The notes below the pieces were generated by a model. That model saw only the letters and a program-made list of their open reading frames with translations. It was not told where the DNA came from and searched no databases. A program made the translations under genes and the position numbers. Source: Dehalococcoidia bacterium (GTDB taxonomy: Bacteria > Chloroflexota > Dehalococcoidia > Lucifugimonadales > UBA3495). From it: 64,000 nucleotides of DNA. The stretch is from positions 731,304-795,303 of the forward strand of contig CBDHDK010000002.1 of the NCBI GenBank assembly GCA_965261355.1, written 5' to 3'. Below are positions 16,965-26,571 of the stretch, piece after piece; position 1 is the stretch's first letter, and every line of letters starts with the position of its first letter.

Positions 16965-18158
16965 CTACCGCCCGCCGCGGTACACCTGCAGGTACTTCTC
17001 CGCCACTGCCGGCCAGGTGAACTCGGCGTGGGCGTAGCTGCGGGCGTCGGTGCCGAGCCGCAGGCGGGTCTCATCGTCGTTGACGAGGTCGGTCAGCCGG
17101 GCGGCCGCCGCCGCGCGATCGAAGCGGGGCGTCACCACCGCGCCTCGATTCAGCAGCTCGCGGTTGGAGCCGACGTCGTGGGAGAGGACGGGCGCGCCGT
17201 AAGCCATCGCCTCAAAGAAGACCAGCCCGAAGGCTTCGTAGTGGGAGAAAAGCGCGAACAGGTCGGCACGGGCGTACCAGCGGGCCAGCTCGTCGTCCGA
17301 CACCTCGCCGGTCACCTGCACCTCGTCCTGCAGGCGGTGTTCGGCGACGTAGGCGGCGATGGCCGCGGCGTCTCCCTCGTCGCGACCCACCAGCACCAGC
17401 CGCACTGGTTTGTTGAAGCTACGTCGGGCCTCTCGGTAGACGTCAAGCAGCCATAGCTGTGCCTTGTGTCGTCCGAGGCGCCCGACGCAAAGGATGGTGA
17501 GTGGTGATGCTGCTTCGTTGTCTTCGGTTGAGCTGTCGTCGGTTGACGCGAGGCCCGGCACTGGTCCCGCACCGGCAGCTGCCATCGCCGCTTCGTCGGG
17601 CAGCGGAGCGCCCCAGCCAATGATGGTCTGCTTGTCGCGCTGGGCGAGGTAGGCACGGCCCAGGCCATTCGCTTCCTGCTGTGTCAGGGGAACGATGTCG
17701 TCGACAGCACGGCAGAGGGCTGCGTTGATGGGGGAGAGCCACCAGCGGGACAGCGGCAGGGTGTGAAAGGACGGCGTGAAGACGAACCGGGCGCGGCCCC
17801 TCCACCGGAGCCTGACGCAGTAATGTCCCCAGAACCAGCCGTCGCCGACGAAGTGGACCACGTTGGGCCTGAACTCTTCCAGGTACTGCTGCACGCGGCG
17901 CGGCGAGAACCAGACCAGCGGCACGGAATAGAGCGGCGGGGACCAGTGAGGAAAGCCAGGCAGGCGGTAGACCTGTACGCCGTCGGGCAGGGTCTCGCGG
18001 TCGGGCCAGTCCGGCTGGGCCACACGGGGGAAGGAGTACTTGGTGGTCAGCACGCCCACCGCCTCAACCTGCGGCGACTGCTGCATCTGGTGGGAAAGCT
18101 CTTCGATGGCGCGCTCAATGCCGCCCAGGTACGGGCGGTAGTAGGGGGTCAGGTACAT
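16965..18158 (-). CDS. glycosyltransferase family 4 (GT-B fold)
   Basis: Start at the internal ATG (MYLTPYYRPYLGGIERAI), avoiding overlap with purL. C-terminal 'YEAFGLVFFEAMAYGAPVLSHDVGSNRELL' (EX7E region). Confidence 0.8.
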   Translation of the reverse strand: MYLTPYYRPYLGGIERAIEELSHQMQQSPQVEAVGVLTTKYSFPRVAQPDWPDRETLPDGVQVYRLPGFPHWSPPLYSVPLVWFSPRRVQQYLEEFRPNVVHFVGDGWFWGHYCVRLRWRGRARFVFTPSFHTLPLSRWWLSPINAALCRAVDDIVPLTQQEANGLGRAYLAQRDKQTIIGWGAPLPDEAAMAAAGAGPVPGLASTDDSSTEDNEAASPLTILCVGRLGRHKAQLWLLDVYREARRSFNKPVRLVLVGRDEGDAAAIAAYVAEHRLQDEVQVTGEVSDDELARWYARADLFALFSHYEAFGLVFFEAMAYGAPVLSHDVGSNRELLNRGAVVTPRFDRAAAAARLTDLVNDDETRLRLGTDARSYAHAEFTWPAVAEKYLQVYRGGR

Positions 18159-18174
18159 CACGCGCAGCGACGCG

Positions 18175-20433
18175 CTAGTCACTTGCGGCCTCCAGGGCAC
18201 GCATCCAGGTGTCGGCAAGGCTGGCCACCGGCAAGTCTATGCCGTTGTCAGCACCCGCGCCGTCCTCATTGCGGCTGTCGAGGCCGAGGGCATCCCCGCC
18301 CGTGAATCCCAGCAGCGACACCGGAGCGTTGTTGGCGTGGGCCAGGTCCTGCAATAGATTCATCCTGTCCCTCGCTACCGACACGACGATGCGCGACTGC
18401 TTCTCGCCGAAAAGCGCTGCGTCCCATCGAGACAGGGAGTCCAGCGACGCCTCGAAGCGGAACCCGACGTCTCCCAGGATGCAGGACTCTGCCACCGCCA
18501 CGGCCAGACCGCCGTCCGAGCAGTCGTGAGCGGATAGGACAAGGCCCTGCTTGATGGCTTCGCGGCAGGTCTCCTGCACCCGTCGCTCCAGGCCCAGGTC
18601 AATGCGGGGCTGGCCGGCGGTTAGGCCGTGCATCACCTGGAGGTACTCGCTGCCGGAGAGGTCCTGCGACCCGGCTGCGCCGAACCCGGGGCCCAGCAGC
18701 ATCACAGCCAGACCCTCGCCCGGGAAGCCCGCGCCGACGGTCTTGGTGGCGTCGTCGAGCAGGCCCAGCGCACCGACCACCGGTGTGGGGTGCACGGCTT
18801 GGCCCTGCGTCTCGTTGAAGAGGCTGACGTTGCCGCTGACCACCGGGGCGTCGAAGGCCTCGCTTGCTAGGGCCATGCCGCGGATGCACTCCTCAAGCTG
18901 GTAGTAGATGTCGGGGCGCAGCGGGTTGCCGAAGTTCAGGCAGTCGGTGAGCGCCAGGGGCCGGGCGCCAGTGCAGGACAGGTTGCGGCAGACCTCGGCC
19001 ACCGCTATCTGCCCGCCCACGTAGGGATCGAGAAAGCAGTGCCGCCCGTTGCCGTCCACGGCCACGGCGACGGCCTTGCCAGTGCCCTTGACGCGCAGCA
19101 CAGCGGCGTCACTCCCTCCGGGCCCGGCGACGGTGTTGGTCTGCACATGGTGATCGTACTGCCGGTAGACGACGTGCTTGCTGGCGATGTTGGGCGAGGC
19201 CAGCAGCCGAAGCAGCGTTTCAGCCGGACCGCAGTCTGGCAATGTCAGGTCTGCCAAGGGCATTTCTCGTCGCGCCAGGTCTTCCTCCGACGGCTGGCCT
19301 TCCAGCCGGTATGACGGAGCTTCGGAGAGGGGCCGGATGGGCAGGTGAGCCACTGGGTCGGGGCCGTCGTAAATCTGCGCCTCCGGGTCCGATATGACCT
19401 CGCCTATCTCGCGGCATTCCACATCCCAGCGTTCGAAGACAGACCGCACCTCGTCGACACGCTCGGGGAGGGTCACCAGCAGCATCCGCTCCTGCGACTC
19501 GGACAGCATCACCTCGTAGGGGGACATGCCGGTCTCGCGGCGATGCACCTGCGACAGGTCGATACGGATGCCGAGCCCGGCCCGGGCTGCCGACTCAATG
19601 GCCGCGCTGGTCAGCCCTGCGGCGCCCAGGTCCTGGATGGCCAGCACCGCCCCGGTATCGAGTGCCTCGAGGCAGGCCTCTATGAGCACCTTCTCAAGAA
19701 ATGGGTTGCCCACCTGTACCGTAGGGCGCAGCTCCGCCTCTTCCTCAAAGGTGCGGGAGGCCAGGCCCGACGCGCCATGGATGCCGTCGCGCCCGGTGTC
19801 GGCCCCCGCCAGCAGCAGAACGCTGCCGGGAACCCGCGCCGCCGCCGAGGCCAGGCGCTCGGTCTCGATCAGGCCCACGCACATGGCGTTGACCAGCGGG
19901 TTGTGAGAGTAGGAGGAGTCGAAGTAGATTTCGCCCCCCACGTCAGGTACGCCGATACAGTTGCCGTACCAGGAGATGCCCCGCACCACGCCGCCGAACA
20001 GGTGCCGGTTGACCGCACCATTCACGAGGTCGTCGGGCGGGCCGAAGCGCAGGGAGTTCAGCAGGGCGATGGGGCGGGCGCCCATTGCCAGTATGTCCCG
20101 CACGATGCCGCCGACGCCGGTGGCCGCTCCCTGGAAGGGTTCTACGGCCGAGGGGTGGTTGTGGGATTCGACCTTGAACACCACGGCCAGCCCGTCGCCA
20201 ATGTCCACTGCGCCGGCGTTCTCGGCCCCGGTCTCCGAGAGCACGACCGGCGAGGTATGGCTGAACATGCTCAGCAGGGGTCGCGAGTGCTTGTAGCCAC
20301 AGTGCTCGCTCCAGAGCGCGCCGAACATGCCCAACTCCACGGCGTTGGGCTCGCGGCTGAGCCGTTCCACGATCAGGTCGTACTCGACACGGGTCAGGGC
20401 GATTTCGTCCAGAACTTCCTGGGCAACGGGCAT
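18175..20433 (-). CDS. purL: phosphoribosylformylglycinamidine synthase subunit PurL
   Basis: 752 aa. 'ELGMFGALWSEHCGYKHS', 'VESHNHPSAVEPFQGAATGVGGIVRD'. Confidence 0.95.
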   Translation of the reverse strand: MPVAQEVLDEIALTRVEYDLIVERLSREPNAVELGMFGALWSEHCGYKHSRPLLSMFSHTSPVVLSETGAENAGAVDIGDGLAVVFKVESHNHPSAVEPFQGAATGVGGIVRDILAMGARPIALLNSLRFGPPDDLVNGAVNRHLFGGVVRGISWYGNCIGVPDVGGEIYFDSSYSHNPLVNAMCVGLIETERLASAAARVPGSVLLLAGADTGRDGIHGASGLASRTFEEEAELRPTVQVGNPFLEKVLIEACLEALDTGAVLAIQDLGAAGLTSAAIESAARAGLGIRIDLSQVHRRETGMSPYEVMLSESQERMLLVTLPERVDEVRSVFERWDVECREIGEVISDPEAQIYDGPDPVAHLPIRPLSEAPSYRLEGQPSEEDLARREMPLADLTLPDCGPAETLLRLLASPNIASKHVVYRQYDHHVQTNTVAGPGGSDAAVLRVKGTGKAVAVAVDGNGRHCFLDPYVGGQIAVAEVCRNLSCTGARPLALTDCLNFGNPLRPDIYYQLEECIRGMALASEAFDAPVVSGNVSLFNETQGQAVHPTPVVGALGLLDDATKTVGAGFPGEGLAVMLLGPGFGAAGSQDLSGSEYLQVMHGLTAGQPRIDLGLERRVQETCREAIKQGLVLSAHDCSDGGLAVAVAESCILGDVGFRFEASLDSLSRWDAALFGEKQSRIVVSVARDRMNLLQDLAHANNAPVSLLGFTGGDALGLDSRNEDGAGADNGIDLPVASLADTWMRALEAASD

Positions 20434-20542
20434 GGTTCACCGCCGGGCAGCTTGGAAATTACTCCGCAATACTACCACCTGACAAGCGGAAATGGGCAGG
20501 GTTTCCGCTTCCAACAGGGCCTTGCCTATGTAGCCTGCCTAT

Positions 20543-21783
20543 CTAAACCAAAGCCAAGGTGAAATACGCAGACGCGTAGGGTAAATTTGTGAGGGAACTG
20601 GGTTAGCCGGTCTCAGGAGTAGCGGGGGGTTGGTGATGGGTGTGAGGGAGATAGACCGGTCTCTGGAACAATGGCAGATGGGGGTCAGGGATTTGCGGCG
20701 GCGGATGATTCTGGCGCCCACACCCAGGGAGCGGGAGCGGTGGTACGCCCTCTGGCTCTTGGCGCAGGGCTGGACAGCAACGGCCACGGCGGAGGCGCTG
20801 GAGCGGGACCCCCACACCATAGGACGGTGGGCTTCGGTTTTCGGCGAGGGAGGGCCAGCGGCCTTGATATTTGAGCAGACCGGTGGTTCCCCCCCGTCCT
20901 TGACGAGACGCAGCAGGCGGAGTTGAAAGGGGCGGTAGGGCAACCGCCCGCTGAGGCGGGCATCGAACTGGCCAACTGGTATTGGAAAGGAGTCCGGCAG
21001 TTTGTCTTGGAACGGTTCGGGGTCAGTTTGAGCCGCAGCAGTTGTCTGAACTGGCTGCACCGGTTGGGATTTGCCTTCAAGCGGCCCAAGAAGCGTCTGC
21101 TCAAGGCGGATGAGGGCAAGCGGGAGGCCTTCGTGGTGGAGTATACCGCCCTGAGGGAGGAGGCCCAACGGACCGGAGCCAGGATATTCTTCGCCGATGA
21201 GGCCCACTTCCGGGCCGATGCAGAGTTGCGGGGCAAGTGGGTACTGAGAGGAGAGGCTGCTCTGGTGGACTCGACCAGTCCGCGGTATGGGGAGAAGGCC
21301 AGCTATTATTCGGCGGTGTGCCTGGAGACGGGTGAGGTGGAGTGGATGGAGTTGCAGGGGAACAGCAACGCCGGGACCTCGGTTGACTTCCTGAAGCAAC
21401 TGAGGGGAAAACACCCTGAGCCGATGCGGGTCATCTGGGACAATGCCCCGGCCCACCGTGGGGAGGCGATGCGGGAGTACCTCAGGACGCCTGGGCTGGA
21501 GTTGAGGTTGGTGAACCTGCCGGGGTACAGCCCGGACTTCAACGGGGATGAGGCGATCTGGGGTTGGGCGAGAGAGGAGGCCACCGGCAATCTGTGCTTG
21601 GGAAGCAGGGAGGCGGTGCAGGAGAAGGTTGGCAAATTCCTTGCCGGACTGGCCAGCCGCAAAGACGAGGTGAGACGGCGGTGCCGGACAGTCTTGCAGT
21701 CACGGGGCGAGACGCTCCTGCGAGCCTCCCGGACCGATTCTCAGCCTCCGGCAAATGCACATCCCACCTTGGCTTTGGTTTAG
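20543..21783 (+). mobile_element. IS630-family insertion sequence (1241 bp)
   Basis: 19-bp perfect TIRs ctaaaccaaagccaaggtg (20543-20561) and caccttggctttggtttag (21765-21783). TA dinucleotides at 20540-20541 and 21784-21785. Encodes an HTH + DDE transposase. Confidence 0.85.
20630..21783 (+). CDS. IS630-family transposase, two frames joined by a -1 shift in a C7 run (about 20889-20896)
   Basis: ORF 20630..20926 ('RERWYALWLLAQGWTATATAEALERDPHTIGRW', HTH) continues as '..GGSPPVLDETQQAELKGAV..' in ORF 20923..21783. DDE region: 'IFFADEAHF...YYSAV...VIWDNAPAHRG...LPGYSPDFNGDEAIW'. The stop lies inside the right TIR. Confidence 0.8.
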
Positions 21784-21873
21784 TAAGATGAGTGCGCCCG
21801 CTGCATGGCAACTCAAGGGATTAACGGGCGTGGTCCCGATTGAGAAGACTTCCTGAACCGTGAGGGACATCCG

Positions 21874-22464
21874 TTGGCCTCAACAGAGAACACCTCGAAC
21901 ACTCCGGCAGACAGTGGAACAGGCGTAAATGTGGCATTGCTGCGCGGGATCAACGTGGGCGGCAAAAACAAGCTGCCGATGAAGGATCTCGCCACGATGT
22001 TTATGGACGCAGGCTGCAGCGACGTTCGGACTTACATCCAGAGCGGCAACGTCCTGTATCGAGCGGAACCGGCGCTGGAAGAAGATATCCCGTCCCTGAT
22101 CGGCGCGTCCATCCTGGACCGCTTCGGCCTTCAGATACTCGTGGTGACTCGCAACGGTCAGGAACTCGAGGATATCGTGCGGCGCAACCCGTTCGCGGAA
22201 CACAGTGGCGAGCCGGACAAACTCCACGTAGCATTCCTGTCGGACTAGCCCGATCCGGTGAACGTCGAATCACTTGACCCGTATCACTCGCCGCCCGACC
22301 AGTTCGCACTGCTGGGTCGCGAGGTCTACCTCCACTGTCCAAACGGAATGGCGCGCACCAAGCTTACCAACAGCTACTTTGACTCGCGTCTTGCCGCCAC
22401 CAGCACCATGCGCAACTGGAAAACGGTACTGAAGCTGTTGGACTTAGCCACGGGCGCCGGGTGA
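21874..22464 (+). pseudogene. DUF1697-family protein interrupted by a single in-frame TAG (22246-22248)
   Basis: ORFs 21874..22248 and 22258..22464 share one frame. 'VALLRGINVGGKNKLPMKDL...KLHVAFLSD*PDPV...GREVYLHCPNGMARTKL...TMRNWKTVLKLL' reads as one continuous DUF1697 protein. Confidence 0.75.
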
Positions 22465-22541
22465 CCAACCAGAACTCATGCTAGGGCTCCCCCAGGGAGA
22501 CGGTAACTACCAGATGCCGGCAAGAACCAATCTCGGCTGCG

Positions 22542-23786
22542 CTATTTTCCCTCGGGGTTATCCACAGTCAAGTCTCCCCTGACAGAAGGCGCGCCACTTG
22601 ATAATCGTCCTTCCAGCGTAATTTTGCCGCCTTCTACGTAATGGTAGGGCACCCCATTCCCGAAAAATCCGTCGACCTGCTCACGATCGGTCGTCGTTAT
22701 CATCACCTGCGGATAGTTGGCCGTTTTCTCCAGCACGCGGCGTCGTCGGTCCGCGTCCATCTCCGAGAGTGCGTCGTCGAGCAACAGCAGTGGCCGGGTG
22801 CCACGCACCGCCGACAACGTCTCTGCCTCCGCCAGCCGCAGGGAGAGGGCAAGGGTACGGGCCTGCCCGCGGGAGGCGAAGGCGCCCATGTCCACGCCGT
22901 TGACGACGATGTCGAAGTCGTCGCGGTGCGGGCCGGCGGCGGTGGCGGCCGTTGCTCGCTCGCGGCCAGCGACGGCCCGCAGCGCTTCCCGGTAGCTATC
23001 CGACATGTCATCGGCAGAGGCGGACAGCGGAACGCTGGGGCGGTAACGCAGCTCCAGTGCCTCATCAGACCCTACGAGGTCAGCGTGGTGACGGACGCAG
23101 GCGGGCGTGAGTATGTTCATCACCTCGCGGCGTCGCCAGGTCAGCCAGCTTCCTTCCCGCACCAACTCGTCGTCCCAGAACTCCATCTCGTCGGGGGCCG
23201 CCCGACCTTCGCGCCGCATCCGAAGGAGGCGGTTGCGCTGCTGCAGCACCCGCTGGTAACGCTGCAGGCACTGGAGGTACAGCGGATCGGCCTGGGAGAT
23301 GAGGATGTCGAGGAAGCGGCGACGGGCCGAGGGCGGACCCTGCACCAGATCGATGTCCTGCACGCTGAACAGGACCGCGTGGACCAGCCCCACTAACGAC
23401 CCGGCGGTGCGGCGCATCCGGTCGACGCGAATCTCCTTGTGGACGCGATACCCGGGCCCGGTTGCTGACTCGGAGGGCGACGCTCGGTAGCCAATGATAA
23501 CGCGCTGGCGGGAGGGCGCGCCGCTGTCCGAGTCCTCCGGTGTGTCGTCCTCGACAAGGCCGTCTACGAGGGCCTGCCCTCCCTCGCGCGCGGCGTCGAA
23601 GTTGACCAACTCACGCTCGTTCTCGGCCCGGAAGGAGCGGGCTATGGCGAGGAGGTACACCGCTTCGACCAGCGCCGTCTTGCCCTGCGCGTTCTGGCCG
23701 TAGTACACCGAGACGCCCGGCGGCACCTCCAGGTCCACCTCGGCCAGATTGCGGAAGTTGCTCAGGCGAAGACGGGAGAGGCGCAC
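22542..23786 (-). CDS. recF: DNA replication and repair protein RecF
   Basis: 'MRLSRLRLSNFRNL...VYYGQNAQGKTALVEAVYLL' (Walker A), '...LLLLDDALSEMD' (Walker B). Confidence 0.9.
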   Translation of the reverse strand: MRLSRLRLSNFRNLAEVDLEVPPGVSVYYGQNAQGKTALVEAVYLLAIARSFRAENERELVNFDAAREGGQALVDGLVEDDTPEDSDSGAPSRQRVIIGYRASPSESATGPGYRVHKEIRVDRMRRTAGSLVGLVHAVLFSVQDIDLVQGPPSARRRFLDILISQADPLYLQCLQRYQRVLQQRNRLLRMRREGRAAPDEMEFWDDELVREGSWLTWRRREVMNILTPACVRHHADLVGSDEALELRYRPSVPLSASADDMSDSYREALRAVAGRERATAATAAGPHRDDFDIVVNGVDMGAFASRGQARTLALSLRLAEAETLSAVRGTRPLLLLDDALSEMDADRRRRVLEKTANYPQVMITTTDREQVDGFFGNGVPYHYVEGGKITLEGRLSSGAPSVRGDLTVDNPEGK

Positions 23787-24056
23787 CTACTTCTGTTCCC
23801 GAAGTTCCTTTTCCTTGAGCTGCCACTTGGTCAGCATGTTTCCGGGTCCGATAATAGCCGGCGCTGCCAGATCCTTTTCCTCTCTGGCTTGTCCCTCGCG
23901 CTTGAGGAGAGCAGCAAGAAACTCCTCAGCTTCTTCGTCTGAAAGCTCTTCCCTGTGCTGCTTCTCTGAAAACTCGTTCCAGCGTTCTTGTTCCACGGAT
24001 TCCTCGGCGAGTCGATAGTCCCTGAATTTAACGCCCCGACTCTGAACATATCCCAA
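23787..24056 (-). CDS. small charged hypothetical protein abutting the recF start
   Basis: 89-aa ORF with a TTG start after GAGGA. Its stop is immediately adjacent to the recF ATG. May be the C-terminal part of a frameshifted TM protein (see findings). Confidence 0.3.
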   Translation of the reverse strand: MGYVQSRGVKFRDYRLAEESVEQERWNEFSEKQHREELSDEEAEEFLAALLKREGQAREEKDLAAPAIIGPGNMLTKWQLKEKELREQK

Positions 24057-24271
24057 GGGATACCCATCCTCGCATATATTGTTGCTAGACGGCCCGCGTC
24101 AAGAGGTGCTGGGTTGGTCTCCACGGCCTTCAGCCGGCCTTGAACCGAGTACAGGAGCCGAAACCCAAAGATTGCGAGAGTAACCGGGGCACCGGCAAAG
24201 GCCACCAGGACTGCCGATGCAACCGTAATGGCGCCCTGCGGTATGTCCGGAAGTATCGTCTAGGCTGTCTT

Positions 24272-25063
24272 CTACTCTCCCTGCAGGCGGCGTATCTGGG
24301 CTTCCAACTCGGCGGCCTGGCCGGCATCGCCGGCGGAGAGGCGGAAGCAACGGTCCAGGTAGAGCTTGGCGAGTTGCGAGCTGCGCTCCGAGGTGTCCTG
24401 GGCGACGACGAGCAGGTTGGACACCTGGAACTCCTCAGGCAGGTGGCGGGCCAAAGCCCGGATATCCTCGCCAACCTGGTCGGCGGCGGTGCGGTCGGAG
24501 CCCTCGACGGCGAAGCGGAGCTGCCCCAGCAGCCGGGCCAGCTCGCTCAGCTTGTCGCCCTCGCTCATGAAGCTGAGCAGCACCTCGTTGACGCTGAACG
24601 ACGAGTCCAGTGCGTCTTCCGGCTCCTCCAGGGGCGGCTGGCCCTCCTCGTGAACGGAGGATTCGCCAGCGGAAGCGGCGGACTTGCCAGAGGCAGTGTA
24701 GAGCTCAGCGTACTTGCTCACGGCGTCGGATACCGCCTCCATCAGCCGGGGCAGGTCGAACGAGAACATGTTGCCGCCATATACCAAGTCGTCGCCCCTC
24801 TGCTGGCTGAGGCTCTCGAGGACGCTGTAGCCACCGACAGCCTCCGGCACCGGCGGCATGGCGAACGCCGACAGATCGTTCAGGGGAAGGGCGCCGAGAT
24901 GAGAGGCAAGGAACGGCGGAACGTACTTGGTCAGGTCGGCCTTGATGGGCAGGGTCACGATGTAGCTGGCATAGACCTTGTCAGGCTCGGTATCCACCTT
25001 GAAGTACAGGAGGGCATGCCCTGCCGGACTGTCTTCCCGTCCGCGTTCGAAGTAAAGGTCCAT
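24272..25063 (-). CDS. hypothetical protein
   Basis: Internal ATG (MDLYFERGREDSPAGHALLYFKV...) of ORF 24272..25186. Globular N-terminal half, acidic linker, helical C-terminal half. No recognised domain. Confidence 0.5.
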   Translation of the reverse strand: MDLYFERGREDSPAGHALLYFKVDTEPDKVYASYIVTLPIKADLTKYVPPFLASHLGALPLNDLSAFAMPPVPEAVGGYSVLESLSQQRGDDLVYGGNMFSFDLPRLMEAVSDAVSKYAELYTASGKSAASAGESSVHEEGQPPLEEPEDALDSSFSVNEVLLSFMSEGDKLSELARLLGQLRFAVEGSDRTAADQVGEDIRALARHLPEEFQVSNLLVVAQDTSERSSQLAKLYLDRCFRLSAGDAGQAAELEAQIRRLQGE

Positions 25064-25245
25064 CGCTGCACCGCCGCCTGTTCGATTATGCCAGTCGCCG
25101 ACCACCGTGAGACAGCGGCCCCGTACCGCAATTATAGCACCGGCCGTTCTCCCGGCCCGGACCTCGACATTGACGGCATTGGGCAAAATCAGTAATGTAT
25201 ATTCAATTGCGAGATACGCACAAAGCAGCAGTGAAGGAGCGGGAA

Positions 25246-25680
25246 ATGCCCGATCCGGAAGTGAAGATTTTCAACTACGACAAGATCGAAATCGGCGAGG
25301 AACTTGGCTCCTACGAGTACACCCTGACCCAGGAAATGCTGGATAGCTTTCGCGCTTCCATCGACGACCCGGAGGCCGTATTTCCGACGCTGGCGGTCAA
25401 GCACGACGCCACCGCGTTCGCCATGGTCTACGACGACCAGACAGGCGGTGTCAACGCCGGCAACGAGGTCGAGTTCTTCAACCCTCCAATCCTTGGGAAG
25501 AAGATTCGGGTAACGGGCCGCATCGCCGACAAATACCTGCGCCGCGACAAGCCCTACATGGTCATCGAGGCCACCGCCATCGACGAGGACGGGCGGCTGC
25601 TGGAGAAGCTCCGCACCTACCAGATGAAAAAACCCGACGAGGTGGGCAAGAAATGGCACCCGCCGGAAGGAGCGCAATGA
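25246..25680 (+). CDS. hotdog-fold protein (FAS1-like dehydratase N-terminal type)
   Basis: ATG at 25246 after GAAGGAG. Its stop overlaps the next start (ATGA). Pairs with the MaoC-like gene downstream. Confidence 0.6.
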   Translation: MPDPEVKIFNYDKIEIGEELGSYEYTLTQEMLDSFRASIDDPEAVFPTLAVKHDATAFAMVYDDQTGGVNAGNEVEFFNPPILGKKIRVTGRIADKYLRRDKPYMVIEATAIDEDGRLLEKLRTYQMKKPDEVGKKWHPPEGAQ

Positions 25681-26096
25681 TAGAGGACATCAAGCCCGGC
25701 CAGCAGATTCCCTCGGTCACCAAGAGCGTGACGCAGGACACCATCAACCAGTTCGAAAACTGCGGCATTCTTGACCGGCAGAACATCCACAACGACCCCG
25801 AGCTGGCCCAGCAGCGCCTCGGCACCACCTATCCCATCGCCTCGGGGCGGATGTCGGTGGCCTTCGCCTCCGAGAGCATGCGCCGGTTCTTCGGACCCGA
25901 GGTGTTTAACCACACCGGCACCGTCAACCTGAAGTTCCTGCGCCCGGTCAAGGGCGGCGACACCATCACCGTGACCGGCGAGGTGGCAGGCCAGGAACAG
26001 ACCGACGACGGCGCGCAGGTGACCGTCAACCTGTTCTGCGAGAACCAGGACGGCGACCGGACCGCGGTGGGCATCGGCACGGCGGTGATTAAGTAG
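25677..26096 (+). CDS. MaoC-like (R)-hydratase hotdog protein
   Basis: '..ILDRQNIHNDPELA...PIASGRM...FLRPVKGGDTITVTGEV'. Confidence 0.7.
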   Translation: MIEDIKPGQQIPSVTKSVTQDTINQFENCGILDRQNIHNDPELAQQRLGTTYPIASGRMSVAFASESMRRFFGPEVFNHTGTVNLKFLRPVKGGDTITVTGEVAGQEQTDDGAQVTVNLFCENQDGDRTAVGIGTAVIK

Positions 26097-26139
26097 GCGC
26101 GGTATACAGAGAACGAAGGAAAGGCGCCTCGAGAAGCGA

Positions 26140-26529
26140 ATGTCCACTACAATCGACCGAGTAAGCGAACTCTTCGAGGACGCCCGCGAGCTGTACGGCG
26201 ATGCCCTGGAAATGTTGGAACAGGGCAGAATCCGAAACGCAGCGGAGAAGGCCTGGGGCGCGACCAAGCGCTCCACCGACGCCATGGTGCTCGCCCGAAC
26301 CGGAACCGAACCCCAGTCCGAAGCTGAAGCACACCGGGAGTTGCTGCGTGGCCGCAACTCGGAACCCAATCTCGTGGCATTCCACGGCCAGTACAGCGCC
26401 CGTTCTGGTCTCTTGAAGATCAACTGCTTCTATGACGGCAACTGCGAGCCGGAAGATGAAATGACGGCTCTTATTCGAGACACCGAATCCTACATCAATG
26501 AGGCAATCACTCTGGCAGGGACGCGGTAG
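26140..26529 (+). CDS. PaREP1-like / HEPN-superfamily four-helix protein
   Basis: 129 aa. 'ARELYGDALEMLEQGRIRNAAEKAWGATKRSTDAMVLA' resembles the PaREP1 motif. Assignment from memory, not searched. Confidence 0.45.
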   Translation: MSTTIDRVSELFEDARELYGDALEMLEQGRIRNAAEKAWGATKRSTDAMVLARTGTEPQSEAEAHRELLRGRNSEPNLVAFHGQYSARSGLLKINCFYDGNCEPEDEMTALIRDTESYINEAITLAGTR

Positions 26530-26571
26530 CGGGTCCTCGCCGAGCAGCTAATTCAACGCGAGAGAAGAGAT

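Noticed and set aside
22246-22248. TAG reassignment (genetic-code change or pyrrolysine) as the explanation for the two in-frame TAG codons
   Set aside because: TAG terminates many well-delimited genes in the window at the expected protein ends (Lrp 372-374, ferredoxin 798-800, hemQ, cupin, iscA, ygfZ). It therefore functions as a normal stop. No Pyl-type genes or context are present.
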